This document shows positions 1 through 10,322 of a stretch of DNA of 64,000 nt, in pieces (position 1 is the first letter of the stretch; each line of letters begins with the position of its first letter). The position numbers and the translations under genes are program-made. The notes under the pieces were generated by a model. That model did not search any database, was not told where the DNA came from, and saw nothing but the letters and a program-made list of their open reading frames with translations. The stretch is from Gemmatimonadota bacterium (GTDB taxonomy: Bacteria; Latescibacterota; UBA2968; UBA8231): assembly GCA_038153405.1 (NCBI GenBank), contig JAYOYH010000004.1, positions 1 to 64,000 on the forward strand, read 5' to 3'.

Positions 1-1479
1 GACGACATCCTGTTCTGGTATCGCGACGTGCTGCACAACGAGGAGCTGACGCCGGTTATTCCCGTCGAATACCGCAAGGGTGGTCAGACGGTCCAGTGCG
101 AAAAAATAGATGACTATACCGTGCGCTTTCGCTTTGCCGAGCCCTACGGCCTCTTCCTTAAACAGCTGGCCTCCAATCTGAGCTACCAGCTCGTCTACTA
201 TCCAGCACACTATCTGAAAAACTTCCATCCGGACTACCGCCCCGTGGAAGAATTAGAGCAGCTAGCGCGAACCGAGGGCAAGGATTTTTGGTATCAGCTC
301 TTCCGCGATCGCCACGACTATCGCAACGTCGACTGCCCGCGCATCTGGGCGTGGGTCGTCAGCAAACCACCGCCGGCGCGCCCCGCCGAATTCGTGCGCA
401 ACCCCTACTATTGGAAGGTCGATACCGAGGGCCGCCAGCTGCCCTACATAGACCGCATCACTTTCGATATATACGATCTCGAAACGATCAATATCAAGGC
501 GATCAACGGCGAGATCGGTATGCAGGGCCGCCACCTGACCTTTCAGAACTACCCCATCTTCATGGCCAACCAGGAGCGCGGTGGCTACAGCGTGCGCCAC
601 TGGCTCGACGGCGGCGACGGCACGACCGCAGTAGTCTTCAACCTGAACCACAAAGACGAGGCGCTGCGCACCCTCTTTCACCAGCGCGATTTCCGCATCG
701 CCATGTCGCACGCCATCGACCGCGACGCCATCCGCGAAGCGGCCTTTCTCGGCGTGGGTGAGTCGCGACAGATTTCGCCGCCGCCCATATCGGCCTACCA
801 CGTACCCGAACACGCCTACGGCTACCTGACCTACGACCCGGCGCTGGCCAACCAGTTGCTCGACGGCATCGGCCTGATCCAACGCGACGAGCGCGGTATG
901 CGCCTGCGTCCCGACGGCGAGCCGCTCGTGCTCAACATCGAGACCTCGTCGACCATGCTCGGGGCCGGCAAGATGTTTGAGATGATTGCCGCCAACTGGC
1001 AGGCCGTTGGCGTGGACGCCAAGGTTAAAACGCAGGCGCGCCAGCTTTACGCCCAGCGCCGCAACGCTCTGCTGTGCGACGTGCTGGTCTGGGGCGGCGC
1101 CGGTGAGATTATTCCCACCTTAGACCCGCGCTGGTTTTTTCCCTACAGCGGCTCGTCTTTCCACGCGCTGGACTACGCGCGCTGGTACCGCTCCGATGGC
1201 AAGACCGGAACTGAGCCGCCGCCGGATATGCTGCGCGCGCTCGAACTCTTCGGCCAGATCGAACGCACGGTGGACGAGGAAGAGCAGATCCGCCTTTTTA
1301 AAGAAATCATCGAAATCAATCGGCAGCACTTGTGGGTCATTGGCACGGTCGGGGCCATACCCCAGCTCTTTATCGTCAAAGACTCTTTTCGCAACGTGCC
1401 GGAAGTCGCCGTTGGCTGCTGGCCCCTGCGCACACCAGGTGCCACGGCGCCGGAATCCTATGCCATCGACGAGGGCTAA
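1..1479 (+). CDS. ABC transporter substrate-binding protein, family 5 (DppA/OppA-like); 5'-truncated by window edge
   Basis: Frame is open from base 1 (DDILFWYRDV...). Motifs RNPYYWKVD..G.QLPYID, FRIAMSHAIDR and YDPALANQLLD. Followed by DppB/C/D/F-like genes. Confidence 0.93.
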   Translation, partial: DDILFWYRDVLHNEELTPVIPVEYRKGGQTVQCEKIDDYTVRFRFAEPYGLFLKQLASNLSYQLVYYPAHYLKNFHPDYRPVEELEQLARTEGKDFWYQLFRDRHDYRNVDCPRIWAWVVSKPPPARPAEFVRNPYYWKVDTEGRQLPYIDRITFDIYDLETINIKAINGEIGMQGRHLTFQNYPIFMANQERGGYSVRHWLDGGDGTTAVVFNLNHKDEALRTLFHQRDFRIAMSHAIDRDAIREAAFLGVGESRQISPPPISAYHVPEHAYGYLTYDPALANQLLDGIGLIQRDERGMRLRPDGEPLVLNIETSSTMLGAGKMFEMIAANWQAVGVDAKVKTQARQLYAQRRNALLCDVLVWGGAGEIIPTLDPRWFFPYSGSSFHALDYARWYRSDGKTGTEPPPDMLRALELFGQIERTVDEEEQIRLFKEIIEINRQHLWVIGTVGAIPQLFIVKDSFRNVPEVAVGCWPLRTPGATAPESYAIDEG

Positions 1480-1482
1480 CGC

Positions 1483-2565
1483 GTGATTCACCTCATACTC
1501 AAACGCCTGCTGTGGATGATGCCCACCCTGCTGGCCATCTCGTTTATTTCCTTTGCCCTGATCCAGCTGCCTCCGGGCGACTACCTGACTTCCTATATCA
1601 CGGCGCTGGAGGAAACAGGTGAATCCGTCGCCGAAGAGCAGGTCGAGGCGCTGCGCCGTCGCTACAACCTCGACGAGCCGTTTTTCCTGCAGTACGGCAA
1701 GTGGCTCAACAACCTGCTGCCCTTTGGCTTTACGCGCCACGACAGCGGTTCCTATCTATGGATCTACGGCGAAAGCGGAGTGCGCTCGTTTAACTGGCCG
1801 GGCTTTAAGTGGCCCGATTTTGGCATGTCGTTTGAATGGAACCGGCAGGTAATGGAGCTGATTGGCGAGCGCATCTTTCTCACTATCGTCATTTCCATTG
1901 CGACGCTGCTCTTTACCTGGGCGCTGGCCATTCCCATCGGCATCTACTCGGCCGTGCGCCAGTATTCGATCGGCGACTACGTTTTTTCCGTCCTCGGTTT
2001 TATCGGCCTGGCCACGCCCAATTTTTTACTCGCCCTGATCTTCATGTACATCGGCTACTCCGTCTTTGGCGTCAGTGCCGGCGGCCTGTTTTCGCCCGAG
2101 TACGTCGAGGCCGAATGGTCGGTGGCCAAGTTTGCCGATCTGATCGCTCACCTATGGATTCCCGTTATCGTCATCGGCACCTCGGGCACGGCCGGGCTGA
2201 TCCGCGTCATGCGCGGCAACCTGCTCGACGAATTGCCCAAGCAATACGTGATGACGGCACGGGCCAAAGGCCTTTCTCCGTGGAAACTACTAATCAAATA
2301 TCCCGTGCGCGTAGCCCTCAACCCACTCATCAGCACCGTCGGCTGGGTGCTGCCGGGCATCGTTTCCGGCTCGGTCATTGTCGCCGTCGTCCTCGGCCTG
2401 CCCACGACCGGCCCACTGCTGCTGCGCGCGCTGCAAAACCAAGATATGTATTTAGCCGGCTCCATGGTCATGCTGCTCAGCTTTCTCACCGTCATCGGCA
2501 CGCTGCTATCGGATATGCTGCTGCTCTGGCTCGACCCACGCATTCGCTATGAGGGCAAGGGCTGA
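1483..2565 (+). CDS. Peptide/nickel-type ABC permease (DppB/OppB-like)
   Basis: LPPGD N-terminus, EAA-like loop YVMTARAKGLS, DPRIRY C-terminus. Confidence 0.93.
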   Translation: MIHLILKRLLWMMPTLLAISFISFALIQLPPGDYLTSYITALEETGESVAEEQVEALRRRYNLDEPFFLQYGKWLNNLLPFGFTRHDSGSYLWIYGESGVRSFNWPGFKWPDFGMSFEWNRQVMELIGERIFLTIVISIATLLFTWALAIPIGIYSAVRQYSIGDYVFSVLGFIGLATPNFLLALIFMYIGYSVFGVSAGGLFSPEYVEAEWSVAKFADLIAHLWIPVIVIGTSGTAGLIRVMRGNLLDELPKQYVMTARAKGLSPWKLLIKYPVRVALNPLISTVGWVLPGIVSGSVIVAVVLGLPTTGPLLLRALQNQDMYLAGSMVMLLSFLTVIGTLLSDMLLLWLDPRIRYEGKG

Positions 2566-2568
2566 TGC

Positions 2569-3426
2569 ATGAGCGACGAGGTCTGGATGTGGGTTATGAT
2601 TGCGGCTATCGGCCACGCGCTGTGGAACGCAGCCGCCCGCCGCGTCGCCGGCGACATCGCCGTCTTATGGCTGTCCTTTGCCCTTGGCTCACTGACCATG
2701 ATACCGCCATGCCTATATCTGTGGTGGCAAAACGGACCGCCCGCCATAAGCCAAACTGCCCTGCTCTACTTGCTGGCCACCGGCGTCTTACACGCGGTCT
2801 ATTTTGCTCTGCTGGCGCGCGCCTACGAATATGGCGAAGTCTCGCTGGTCTATCCCATTGCGCGCGGATCGGGCGTTGGCCTCACGGCGCTGGGAGGTGT
2901 TGTGCTGCTCGGGGAAAATGTAACCGCATGGGGGGGGGCAGGCATCGGCTTCATACTGCTGGGCATCGCGCTGATTGGCGCACCGGCGCTACACGGCGCT
3001 GCGACCAATCGGCGCAGCCTTTTTCTGGCACTGGCCGTAGGTCTATCGATCGTTGCCTATTCGCTGGTCGACAAGCTCGGCGTCGCCCATATGCACCCGC
3101 TCTATTACATAACCGGCATGTGGCTGATCGGCTCGCTCTTGCGCTGGCCTTCCGTTTGGCACCAGCGCCGCGGCACGCTGATGCAGACGGCACGGACACA
3201 CCTGCGCTACATCGCCTTTATCGGCTTGGGCTCCCTCGGCACCTACGTACTCATTCTCTACGCCTACACGCTGGGCCCCGTCAGCTATATCGTTGCCGCG
3301 CGCGAGTCCTCTGTCGTCATTGGCTCGCTCATTGGCTTTGTTTTTTTGCGCGAACAGTACACGCCGCTCAAGCTGGTAGGCGTGCTCTCTATCGCCGCCG
3401 GTCTGGCGCTTATCAAGGTGAGTTAA
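2569..3426 (+). CDS. EamA/DMT family transporter
   Basis: About 10 TM segments; HALWN, SLVYPIARG, YSLVDK and AARESSV motifs. Confidence 0.9.
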   Translation: MSDEVWMWVMIAAIGHALWNAAARRVAGDIAVLWLSFALGSLTMIPPCLYLWWQNGPPAISQTALLYLLATGVLHAVYFALLARAYEYGEVSLVYPIARGSGVGLTALGGVVLLGENVTAWGGAGIGFILLGIALIGAPALHGAATNRRSLFLALAVGLSIVAYSLVDKLGVAHMHPLYYITGMWLIGSLLRWPSVWHQRRGTLMQTARTHLRYIAFIGLGSLGTYVLILYAYTLGPVSYIVAARESSVVIGSLIGFVFLREQYTPLKLVGVLSIAAGLALIKVS

Positions 3427-3427
3427 T

Positions 3428-4276
3428 ATGACCGAACTGTCCCGAGAACAAATCGACTTCTTTAGCGAAAACGGCTATCTGATCATCGAAAATGTCTTTT
3501 CTCAAGAGGAAGTGGCCGCTCTGCAGGCCGAAGCCGACTACCTTCTCGAACTCATACTCAACTCCTCGCTCATGAACGATCGGCCCAGCGGCCGTCTCGA
3601 CTGGCGCCGCACGTCACAGGGCGTGCAGATGGTCCGCAAAATACAGCCCGTAAACGATCTGTCACTGGCCTTTAGCAGAGCCATTGCCGACGAGCGCGTC
3701 GTCGACCCGCTGCGCCAGATCATGGGCGAAGAGCCGGTGCTAATGGAGGAAAAACTCAACTACAAGCAGCCGCTGCCAAACGACGTAGAGGGCCTGCCGA
3801 TACGCGATATGGACGACTACTTCCCCGTGCATAATGACTGGGCGTATTACGCGGCGCAACACTATCCGCAGAGCGTGCTGTCTTCGGCGCTCCTGCTCGA
3901 CGCCTGCACGGCCGACAACGGCCCACTGCGCATTTGGCCGGGCTCGCACAGGGAGCACCTCGAACACCAGCGCATGGAAAATGGCCTCGAGGTCAAACCC
4001 GAACGGATTGACCACGCCGGCGGCATCGACATGATTGCTCCAGCTGGATCCTTTATGATCTTCCACGTGCTAGTCGTGCATAACTCGCGCCCCAATACGT
4101 CGGGCAAGCCGCGCCGCCTGATGATCTACAGCCACTACCCGCAGTCGTTCAATATGCCCTTTGACGTGCGCAACAGCCCGACGCGCCTGCGCGAGTCGCC
4201 CTACGAGCGCGAGTATATGCGCGCCAAAGAGCGCGGCGCATTTCGCGATGTCTTCATCGCCCCAACCTATACGTGA
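3428..4276 (+). CDS. PhyH-family Fe(II)/2-oxoglutarate dioxygenase
   Basis: F.ENGYLII N-terminus, HND metal motif, NGPL..WPGSH, distal VHNS..N...RR. Confidence 0.9.
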   Translation: MTELSREQIDFFSENGYLIIENVFSQEEVAALQAEADYLLELILNSSLMNDRPSGRLDWRRTSQGVQMVRKIQPVNDLSLAFSRAIADERVVDPLRQIMGEEPVLMEEKLNYKQPLPNDVEGLPIRDMDDYFPVHNDWAYYAAQHYPQSVLSSALLLDACTADNGPLRIWPGSHREHLEHQRMENGLEVKPERIDHAGGIDMIAPAGSFMIFHVLVVHNSRPNTSGKPRRLMIYSHYPQSFNMPFDVRNSPTRLRESPYEREYMRAKERGAFRDVFIAPTYT

Positions 4277-5394
4277 GCGCGATGGCATCTACGGACCCAA
4301 TGCGCGACGGCGAAGACCTGTACACGGCCTCGCAGTGGCAGCTCATGGCGCGCAAATTCACCAAGCACCGCCTTGCCGTTTGGTCGGGGCTGATCGTATT
4401 GGTCCTCTATCTGAGTGCGCTTTTTTGCGAATTTCTCTCGCCCTATGCACTGGAAGACCAGCACATCGACTATATCTACGCACCGCCGCAGCGCTTGCAC
4501 TGGGTTGGACCGGACGGCTTGCACCTTATCCCCTTTGTCTACGGCATCAAGGGCATGCGCCATCCCGAAACGCTGCGCAAGGTATACGCCGAAGACCGCC
4601 AGCAGGTCTATCCACTGCGCTTTTTTGCGCGCGGCAAGCCCTATCGCTTTATGGGCCTCGTCCAAACCGATCTCCACTTGATCGGCGTAGACAAGGGCGG
4701 CACGCTCTTTCTGCTCGGCACCGACTCGCTGGGACGCGATCTGCTGACGCGCATACTATACGGAGCGCGCATCTCGCTGACGGTTGGCCTGATCGGCGTT
4801 GCGATGAGCTTTGTATTCGGCCTGACTATCGGCGCGATTTCCGGTTACTACGGCGGCTGGATCGACAACCTCATACAGCGCCTAATCGAAATCCTGCGCT
4901 CCTTTCCCTCCATACCGCTGTGGATGGCGCTCTCCGCGTCGCTGCCGGCCACTTGGTCACCGCTGCAAATCTACTTTGGCATTACGGTCGTGCTGTCCTT
5001 TTTGGGCTGGACGGGACTGGCGCGCGTCGTGCGCGGCAAAATCCTCGCCCTGCGCGAAGAGGACTACGCTACCGCCGCCGTGCTGATGGGCGCCAGCAAG
5101 AGCCGCATTATGGGCCGTCATCTGTTGCCCGGCTTTACCAGTCACATCGTCGTCAGTCTGACCCTAGCGCTGCCCGGTATGATTCTCGGCGAAACCTCGC
5201 TGAGCTTTCTCGGCTTAGGGCTGCGCTCACCTATAACCAGCTGGGGCGTGCTGCTGCAGGAGGCGCAGAACGTGCAGGCGGTGGCCATGCAACCGTGGTT
5301 GTTGACGCCGGCCGTATTCGTCGTCGTCGCCGTACTGGCTTTTAACTTTGTCGGCGACGGCCTGCGCGACGCCGCCGATCCATACGGCAGATAA
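4273..5394 (+). CDS. Peptide/nickel-type ABC permease (DppC/OppC-like)
   Basis: LGTDSLGRDL, GARISLTVG, ETSLSFLGLG, FNFVGDGLRDAADP. Confidence 0.93.
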   Translation: MSAMASTDPMRDGEDLYTASQWQLMARKFTKHRLAVWSGLIVLVLYLSALFCEFLSPYALEDQHIDYIYAPPQRLHWVGPDGLHLIPFVYGIKGMRHPETLRKVYAEDRQQVYPLRFFARGKPYRFMGLVQTDLHLIGVDKGGTLFLLGTDSLGRDLLTRILYGARISLTVGLIGVAMSFVFGLTIGAISGYYGGWIDNLIQRLIEILRSFPSIPLWMALSASLPATWSPLQIYFGITVVLSFLGWTGLARVVRGKILALREEDYATAAVLMGASKSRIMGRHLLPGFTSHIVVSLTLALPGMILGETSLSFLGLGLRSPITSWGVLLQEAQNVQAVAMQPWLLTPAVFVVVAVLAFNFVGDGLRDAADPYGR

Positions 5395-5408
5395 CGGGCG
5401 ATTGCGCA

Positions 5409-6413
5409 ATGGATTCCATACTGACTATACACAATCTGCACACGCAATTTTTTCTCGATGAAGGCACCGTGCGCGCGGTCGATGGGGTTGACCTGCGCAT
5501 ACCGCGCGGCAAAACGCTCTGCGTAGTTGGCGAGAGCGGCTGCGGCAAAAGCATCACGGCGTTCTCCATCCTACAAATGATTGCACGGCCGGGGCGCATT
5601 ACGGAGGGTTCCGTCGTTCTGCACCGGACAGAGGGCGATATCGACCTGACGCAGCTACCACCCGACGGCGAGCAAATGCGCCGCATTCGCGGCGCCGAGG
5701 TAGCGATGATTTTTCAAGAACCGATGACCAGCCTCAGCCCAGTGCATACGGTGGGCAGCCAAATCGCCGAAGCCGTGCGCTTGCACATGGATGTCGATAA
5801 GCGCGAAGCCAAGGCCCGCGCCGTGCATATTATGGATCGCGTGGGCATTCCCGATGCCGGGCGCCGCTATGGGCAGTATCCGCACGAGATGAGCGGCGGC
5901 CTGCGCCAGCGCGCCGTCATTGCCATGGCGCTGTCCTGTCGGCCGCAGCTGCTCATCGCCGACGAGCCGACCACGGCGCTCGACGTGACGATCCAGGCGC
6001 AAATACTCGCCCTGATGCGCGAACTGCAGGCCGAGCTCGATATGGCTATCCTGCTGATTACCCACGACCTGGGCGTCGTCGCGCAAATGGCCGACGAAGT
6101 CGCCGTGATGTACTGGGGTCGCATCGTCGAATACGGCCGCGTCGAACGCATCTTCGCCGATCCCCAGCATCCCTATACGGAGGCGCTGATGCGCTCGCTG
6201 CCCGGTCTGCATATAGAGCGCAAAAGCCAGCTGCAGGCCATTCGCGGCAGCGTGCCGGATCCCTTCCAACGACTGGACGGCTGCGCCTTTCATCCGCGCT
6301 GCGACGAATGCCAGCCCGGCCTGTGCGACAGCGGACAGCGACCCGAATTGCACACTGTCGAAGCGGGCCATGTCAGCGCCTGTCTACTCCGGGGCGAAAG
6401 GCGGGATTCGTGA
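5409..6413 (+). CDS. ABC ATP-binding protein (DppD/OppD-like)
   Basis: Walker A GESGCGKS, signature MSGGLRQR, Walker [10 protein letters not shown]-terminal GCAFHPRC. Confidence 0.95.
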   Translation: MDSILTIHNLHTQFFLDEGTVRAVDGVDLRIPRGKTLCVVGESGCGKSITAFSILQMIARPGRITEGSVVLHRTEGDIDLTQLPPDGEQMRRIRGAEVAMIFQEPMTSLSPVHTVGSQIAEAVRLHMDVDKREAKARAVHIMDRVGIPDAGRRYGQYPHEMSGGLRQRAVIAMALSCRPQLLIADEPTTALDVTIQAQILALMRELQAELDMAILLITHDLGVVAQMADEVAVMYWGRIVEYGRVERIFADPQHPYTEALMRSLPGLHIERKSQLQAIRGSVPDPFQRLDGCAFHPRCDECQPGLCDSGQRPELHTVEAGHVSACLLRGERRDS

Positions 6414-7417
6414 CCGATACGCTGCTCGAAGTGCGCGATCTAAAGAAGTACTTTCCCATAACCAGTGGCTTATTTGACAAGGTCGTGGGACAGGTAAAGG
6501 CCGTCGATGGCGTCAGCTTTTCTCTGCATTCGGGCCAATGTCTAGCATTGGTTGGGGAGAGCGGCTCGGGAAAGACGACCGTCGGTCGCACCCTATTGCG
6601 CGCCTACCAACCCACGGCTGGCAGCGTACAGTTTTATTTAGACGGGGAAGCCATTGACGTGATGGGTGCCGACGAACGGCGCATGAAAGCACTGCGTCGC
6701 CACATGCAGATGATCTTTCAAGATCCCTACGCCTCGCTCAATCCGCGCATGACCGTTTTCGATATCGTCGGCGAACCCCTACTCATTCACGGCGTGGCCG
6801 CACCCGGCGAACGCGAACGACGCGTGCGACAGCTCATGCACCAGGTCGGCCTCGATCCACAGCATATGCGGCGCTACCCGCACGCCTTTTCCGGCGGTCA
6901 GCGCCAGCGCATTGGCATCGCCCGCGCCCTCGCGCTCAATCCGCGCCTCATCGTCGCCGACGAACCGGTCTCGGCCCTTGACGTATCGGTACAGGCGCAG
7001 ATTCTAAACCTGCTGCAAGCGCTGCAAACCGAACTCGGCCTGACCTACCTATTTATCGCGCACGACCTCAGCGTAGTGCGCCATATCGCCGACCGCGTCG
7101 CCGTTATGTACGTGGGAAAAATTGTCGAAAATGCGCCAGTTGACGCGCTCTTCCAAAAGCCGCGCCACCCGTATAGCGAAGCCCTCATGGCTTCAGTACC
7201 CATCGCCGACCCGGCGCGGCGCCAAGCCCCGCTCCTCCTGCAGGGCGAGATTGCCGACCCAGCCAATCCCCCATCCGGCTGTCCGTTTCACCCGCGCTGC
7301 CGCTACGCCACGCCCCAGTGCGCAACAGAAGTGCCCGCCCTGCGCACCGTAGAGTCCGGACACGAGGTGAGCTGCCATCGCGCCGAGGAACTCGACCTAG
7401 CGGGCATGGCCGGCTGA
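6410..7417 (+). CDS. ABC ATP-binding protein (DppF/OppF-like)
   Basis: [26 protein letters not shown]. Start placed at GTG 6410, overlapping the upstream TGA. Confidence 0.95.
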   Translation: MTDTLLEVRDLKKYFPITSGLFDKVVGQVKAVDGVSFSLHSGQCLALVGESGSGKTTVGRTLLRAYQPTAGSVQFYLDGEAIDVMGADERRMKALRRHMQMIFQDPYASLNPRMTVFDIVGEPLLIHGVAAPGERERRVRQLMHQVGLDPQHMRRYPHAFSGGQRQRIGIARALALNPRLIVADEPVSALDVSVQAQILNLLQALQTELGLTYLFIAHDLSVVRHIADRVAVMYVGKIVENAPVDALFQKPRHPYSEALMASVPIADPARRQAPLLLQGEIADPANPPSGCPFHPRCRYATPQCATEVPALRTVESGHEVSCHRAEELDLAGMAG

Positions 7418-7430
7418 ACGGACCCGGCAC

Positions 7431-8279
7431 TCAGTCGATCACGGCACTCTCGCACACGTAGTCGGGAATGATGCCGGTGGCGTGAATCTGCTCCAGCGCC
7501 GACTCGCGCAGCGTATTGCCCGACAGCACCAGCGCCGTATCAATCCCGAATTTATTGCCGCCTAGAATGTCGGTAGTCAGCGTATCGCCGACCATTAAAA
7601 TTTGCTCTTTGCCAACGTCCTGTGCACGCTGCGAATGCTCGTAGGCAAAAATAAACATCTGCGCATCGGGCTTGCCAAACTTGATAAACCGTCGCCCCAT
7701 AATCGCCTCCACCATATTGGCCATGCCGCCGATGGCGATGGCAACTTCGCGGCTGGAAACCGGATAGGACTGATCGGTGTTGGCTACGATGGCAGGAATG
7801 TTTCTCCGCCGCAGCAGATTGACCACTTTGTTGACGTCGCGGTTCCAATCAAAACCCTCGTCGTCGAGGAAGACGAGCGCGTTGACGTCCTCGCTTGCCT
7901 CCAGATCGAGATCGGCAATGGAGAGCGTGTGGAGACCCACTTCCTCCAGATAGTGGGCAGAGGCCTGCGTGCCGAGATAGGCGACGGTGCCGCTTTTGAC
8001 CTTGAGACGTAAATACTCGGTGGCCAGCATCCCCGAGGAAATAATTCTACCGGCTTCGATCATCGCTAACCCCTGGTCGATATAGGCCTGGGCCAGCGCC
8101 TCTGGACCGCGCGAGGCATCGTTGGTAACGATGTAAAAATCGATATTGCTCTCGGTGAGAAAATCAAAGGTTTTACCAATGCCCCCGAGCACGCCCCGCG
8201 AGTTTTTCAACACGCCGTAGGCATCAAAAAAAATGACCTGATACTTGCTAGCTACTTCTGCAAAATTTGCAATGTCCAT
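7431..8279 (-). CDS. HAD-IIA (NagD-like) hydrolase
   Basis: FFDAYGVL (DxY variant of motif I), VTND, GKPD, MVGDTLTTDILGG. Start at ATG 8279, just after the upstream stop. Confidence 0.88.
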   Translation of the reverse strand: MDIANFAEVASKYQVIFFDAYGVLKNSRGVLGGIGKTFDFLTESNIDFYIVTNDASRGPEALAQAYIDQGLAMIEAGRIISSGMLATEYLRLKVKSGTVAYLGTQASAHYLEEVGLHTLSIADLDLEASEDVNALVFLDDEGFDWNRDVNKVVNLLRRRNIPAIVANTDQSYPVSSREVAIAIGGMANMVEAIMGRRFIKFGKPDAQMFIFAYEHSQRAQDVGKEQILMVGDTLTTDILGGNKFGIDTALVLSGNTLRESALEQIHATGIIPDYVCESAVID

Positions 8280-8280
8280 T

Positions 8281-9321
8281 TTACAAATCCAATGCCTCGA
8301 AAATGAGTTTGGGGTTAAAGCGGTGCTCCAAGTTGGGAAAATAGATTTCGAACGCCTCTTTTTGCAGCTTGTTGGCGTAGAGTTCGTGGAAGAAGTAGTG
8401 CCCATACTTTATGACGTAGTTCAAAATAAAAAAGCGATAGGCTTCCTTCATAAAGAGGATTTCGTCGCGCGTCAAAGGATAGACGGCGTGGTAGGATTTG
8501 AGAAAAATTAAAAAGCGCTCTTCCATGACGGGATCGATTAGGTAGGAAAAGACCGTGCGATCGCCAATCGTCGAGCACACGCGGCTGAAAAAGTAAAAGT
8601 CGAGCACGCGCGAACTCATGCGAAACCAGTCGTAATCCCAGCGCGAAAACAACTTGGTCTCCTCCGTGACGGAAAAATTGCCAATATTCCAATCGACAAA
8701 GACCGGTATCGATTCCCATTTATAGGCATCGAGTTCCTCCATATTGGCGTCGAATACGTCGATTTGGCGGCGGATCTCATCGGCGGTGCCGCGATGGCGA
8801 AACTGGCCATCTTCCGTATCGAGGTGCCACAGCAGGCGCATGAGATCGCCCTTGAGCGTCTTGGACCAGTCGGGCAGTATATTGCGCAAGCGATAGCAGG
8901 TTTTGTGGAAATGAGCCAGTTCTCGACCGAGCATTGCAATCTGCTGCTCATTGAGAACGCGCGGCAGTTTGTGCGCTACGCGTATCGGGTTGTAAAACAC
9001 GACCCACGCATCGAGCAGTCCATCCCGATGTCGGTAGGTGAAGAGCTGGTTTTTGCGCAGCAGAGAGCGCGACAAAAAATTGTCGTAGGGCTCTGGCAAA
9101 TTATTGGCCAGCGCATTGATCAGTGAGTGATCTTCGACAAAGTCATCGTAGGTCCCAAAGTAGGAGAATTTGGCGATGATTTTGGTCTCGTCTTCTAGCC
9201 GCAGCCGAAAGACGTGATTAGTCGAAACCATGGCGCTAATATCGTTGATCGACAGCACGGTCCGCGATGGATCGTACTCCTGCCAGGCCGCCTCGACTAT
9301 GGCAATAAAGTCTATATGCAT
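8281..9321 (-). CDS. Aminoglycoside/choline-kinase-like phosphotransferase-fold protein
   Basis: STNHVF...IAK (ATP loop and Lys), LGRELAHFH, catalytic-loop-like VDWNIGN, DYD (DFG equivalent). GGGAGG RBS before ATG 9321. Confidence 0.65.
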   Translation of the reverse strand: MHIDFIAIVEAAWQEYDPSRTVLSINDISAMVSTNHVFRLRLEDETKIIAKFSYFGTYDDFVEDHSLINALANNLPEPYDNFLSRSLLRKNQLFTYRHRDGLLDAWVVFYNPIRVAHKLPRVLNEQQIAMLGRELAHFHKTCYRLRNILPDWSKTLKGDLMRLLWHLDTEDGQFRHRGTADEIRRQIDVFDANMEELDAYKWESIPVFVDWNIGNFSVTEETKLFSRWDYDWFRMSSRVLDFYFFSRVCSTIGDRTVFSYLIDPVMEERFLIFLKSYHAVYPLTRDEILFMKEAYRFFILNYVIKYGHYFFHELYANKLQKEAFEIYFPNLEHRFNPKLIFEALDL

Positions 9322-9479
9322 TTCGATTACACCCTCCCGTGCGCTACTATAAAGTATCCGATTCGCATCGATACAGCCATGCGCGGGCCACCTAATGCGA
9401 GGTGGCACTGGCCGCGCGCGCAAGATGACGCTACAATAGAGGCATATGTACAGTTGCCAATGCCGCACGGGAGCCGCCT

Positions 9480-10283
9480 ATGAACCCCATTCAGCGCTAT
9501 CTTTTCGACCTGCAGGGCTATCTGCACATTCCCGACGTCCTTAGCCAATGCCAATTGGCCGCCGGGCGCGAGGCCATCGACCGCTATATCGCAACGCCCG
9601 ACGACCAACTGCCCGAGGGCTTTGCGCGCTCGGCAGACGGCAAGAGCTACGAAAACGGTTTCGCCTTCGACAAGGCACTTGAGTCGATTGTCGTTCATCC
9701 CAAGCTGTGGCCGATTATCCGCGAGTTCACCCACGATAAGCCGGCTTTTTCGCGCGGCACGCTGCTGGTCGATACCCACCGCCATCCGCCGCTCCAACTG
9801 CACTGCGCCCGCGAGGACTACGGCTGGCAGAGCACGCGCTACGACACCCGCGAAGGGCGCATATACTGCGACGATTTCGTCATCTTCCCCTACTTTGATG
9901 ATGTCAATCCGGGCGATGGCGGCCTGCTGGTCGTACCCGGCTCGCACAAAGCGGCCTTTCCGCGTCCGGCTGAATTCTTCGACGGCACAAACGGCGCCGA
10001 TGCAGCGGCGCTGCCGCCGAGCGTCGTCAACGTCACGCCCAAAGCGGGAGACGCCGTCGTAATGACCGAGATGCTGGCGCACGGCACGCTGCAGTGGAGA
10101 CCAACAGATCGCGTGAGGCGCACGCTCGTCCTGCGCTATCGACCCCAGTTTAAAGGACGGCCACACGCGCTACCCGACGCGCTCCAACAGCGCCTTTCGC
10201 CTGAGATTCGCGAGCTGATGGCGCCGGCCCACTATACCGAAACAAAGTCGATCGCCCAGCTCGATGAAGTCCATATCAGCTAA
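9480..10283 (+). CDS. PhyH-family Fe(II)/2OG enzyme with HxA motif
   Basis: YLFDLQGYL, LHCA, DGGLLVVPGSHK, LAHGT..W....RR. Confidence 0.85.
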   Translation: MNPIQRYLFDLQGYLHIPDVLSQCQLAAGREAIDRYIATPDDQLPEGFARSADGKSYENGFAFDKALESIVVHPKLWPIIREFTHDKPAFSRGTLLVDTHRHPPLQLHCAREDYGWQSTRYDTREGRIYCDDFVIFPYFDDVNPGDGGLLVVPGSHKAAFPRPAEFFDGTNGADAAALPPSVVNVTPKAGDAVVMTEMLAHGTLQWRPTDRVRRTLVLRYRPQFKGRPHALPDALQQRLSPEIRELMAPAHYTETKSIAQLDEVHIS

Positions 10284-10322
10284 GCCATCCGCCCTGCCAA
10301 CGATGCCTCTGCACCAGATGCT

